From the NCBI GenBank assembly GCA_040755455.1, contig JBFMAY010000033.1, forward strand, positions 1 through 46,093: a DNA stretch of 46,093 nt. The letters are read 5' to 3'. A model generated the notes under the pieces. It ran no database searches. It saw nothing but the letters and a program-made list of their open reading frames with translations, and had not been told where the DNA came from. The stretch comes from Thermodesulfobacteriota bacterium (GTDB lineage: Bacteria > Desulfobacterota > Desulfobulbia > Desulfobulbales > SURF-16). The first letter of the stretch is position 1. Every line of letters begins with the position of its first letter. Position numbers and translations under genes: made by a program. Shown one piece after another: positions 45,689 through 46,093 of the stretch.

Positions 45689-46093
45689 TCAGACAGCATT
45701 TTTTGAATTTTTTCCCGCTGCCGCAAGGGCAGGGATCATTTCTACCGATCGTGGCCGTTTGCGCCGGGCTCTTCTCGATGCCACGCTGTTTTCCGCGGCA
45801 ATGGTTGTATATCTGTGTCAGCCTGGCGTGTCTCTCTTTCATCAGCGTATAGATAGACGGGAGCTGCTCCTCTATGCATTGCCGCGCCCTTTTGAGATCG
45901 ACAAACTCCTGCTGGTCGCTCGGTCCATCCTCCGTCCACCATTTTTTCTTCCGATAATTGACAAAATAGCAGCCGATTTCCCTGGTTCCCGCAACCTTCT
46001 GGCGGTCGACGAGAAACACATTCAGGAGGGCATCGGTACAGGAACATCCGTTTCTGAGGCAATAATGGTCAAGAACCAGACATGTTTCACCAT
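45681..46093 (-). CDS. SEC-C motif-containing protein, C-terminal part (start beyond the right edge)
   Basis: C-terminal [19 protein letters not shown]; the frame stays open to the window edge (DHYC...CSC.D). Confidence 0.85.
   Translation of the reverse strand, partial: GETCLVLDHYCLRNGCSCTDALLNVFLVDRQKVAGTREIGCYFVNYRKKKWWTEDGPSDQQEFVDLKRARQCIEEQLPSIYTLMKERHARLTQIYNHCRGKQRGIEKSPAQTATIGRNDPCPCGSGKKFKKCCLRK

Larger units (their letters stand above)
16755..46093. mobile_element. Integrative conjugative element with F-type T4SS and TrfA replicon, inserted at tRNA-Leu; continues beyond the right edge
   Basis: tRNA-fragment boundary, excisionase, trfA plus iterons, F-type tra gene set, TA modules, cargo. 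Confidence 0.85.

Noticed and set aside
43454..45706. Small ORFs inside the 310-bp repeats (43454-43645, 45452-45706, 45541-45726)
   Set aside because: Indels between the copies shift the frames and starts/stops are not conserved, so the repeat appears non-coding.

Overview
This window looks like a Desulfobacterota/deltaproteobacterial chromosome (inferred from gene content and riboswitch type) and has two parts. LEFT (1-16.7 kb, host side): (a) a minus-strand sapC-tpsB-tpsA two-partner secretion operon (tpsA runs off the left edge) under a c-di-GMP-I (GEMM) riboswitch; (b) a lower-GC cassette encoding a GIY-YIG/M15-peptidase fusion plus a lipoprotein, preceded by a second, decayed copy of the same riboswitch leader; (c) an orphan T6SS spike/effector cluster (vgrG, DUF6484-like, DUF2169, ketoacyl-synthase-like, DUF4150 PAAR-like toxin, DUF3396-like immunity, TIGR02270). 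RIGHT (16.75 kb to end): an integrative conjugative element bounded by a displaced 3' fragment of tRNA-Leu(GAG). It carries an XRE regulator, an excisionase, a TrfA-type replication initiator with 7 iterons, a sigma-like protein and an F-type tra region (dsbC, traA-L-E-K-B, V-C-N, W-U-trbC-trhF-F-H-G) interrupted by mobile-mystery A/B and AbiE toxin-antitoxin modules. It ends in a cargo region with pseudogenes and two copies of an unexplained ~310-bp structured non-coding repeat that shows compensatory changes. No integrase, relaxase or coupling protein is in the window. Family assignments come from motif recognition by eye, not database searches.
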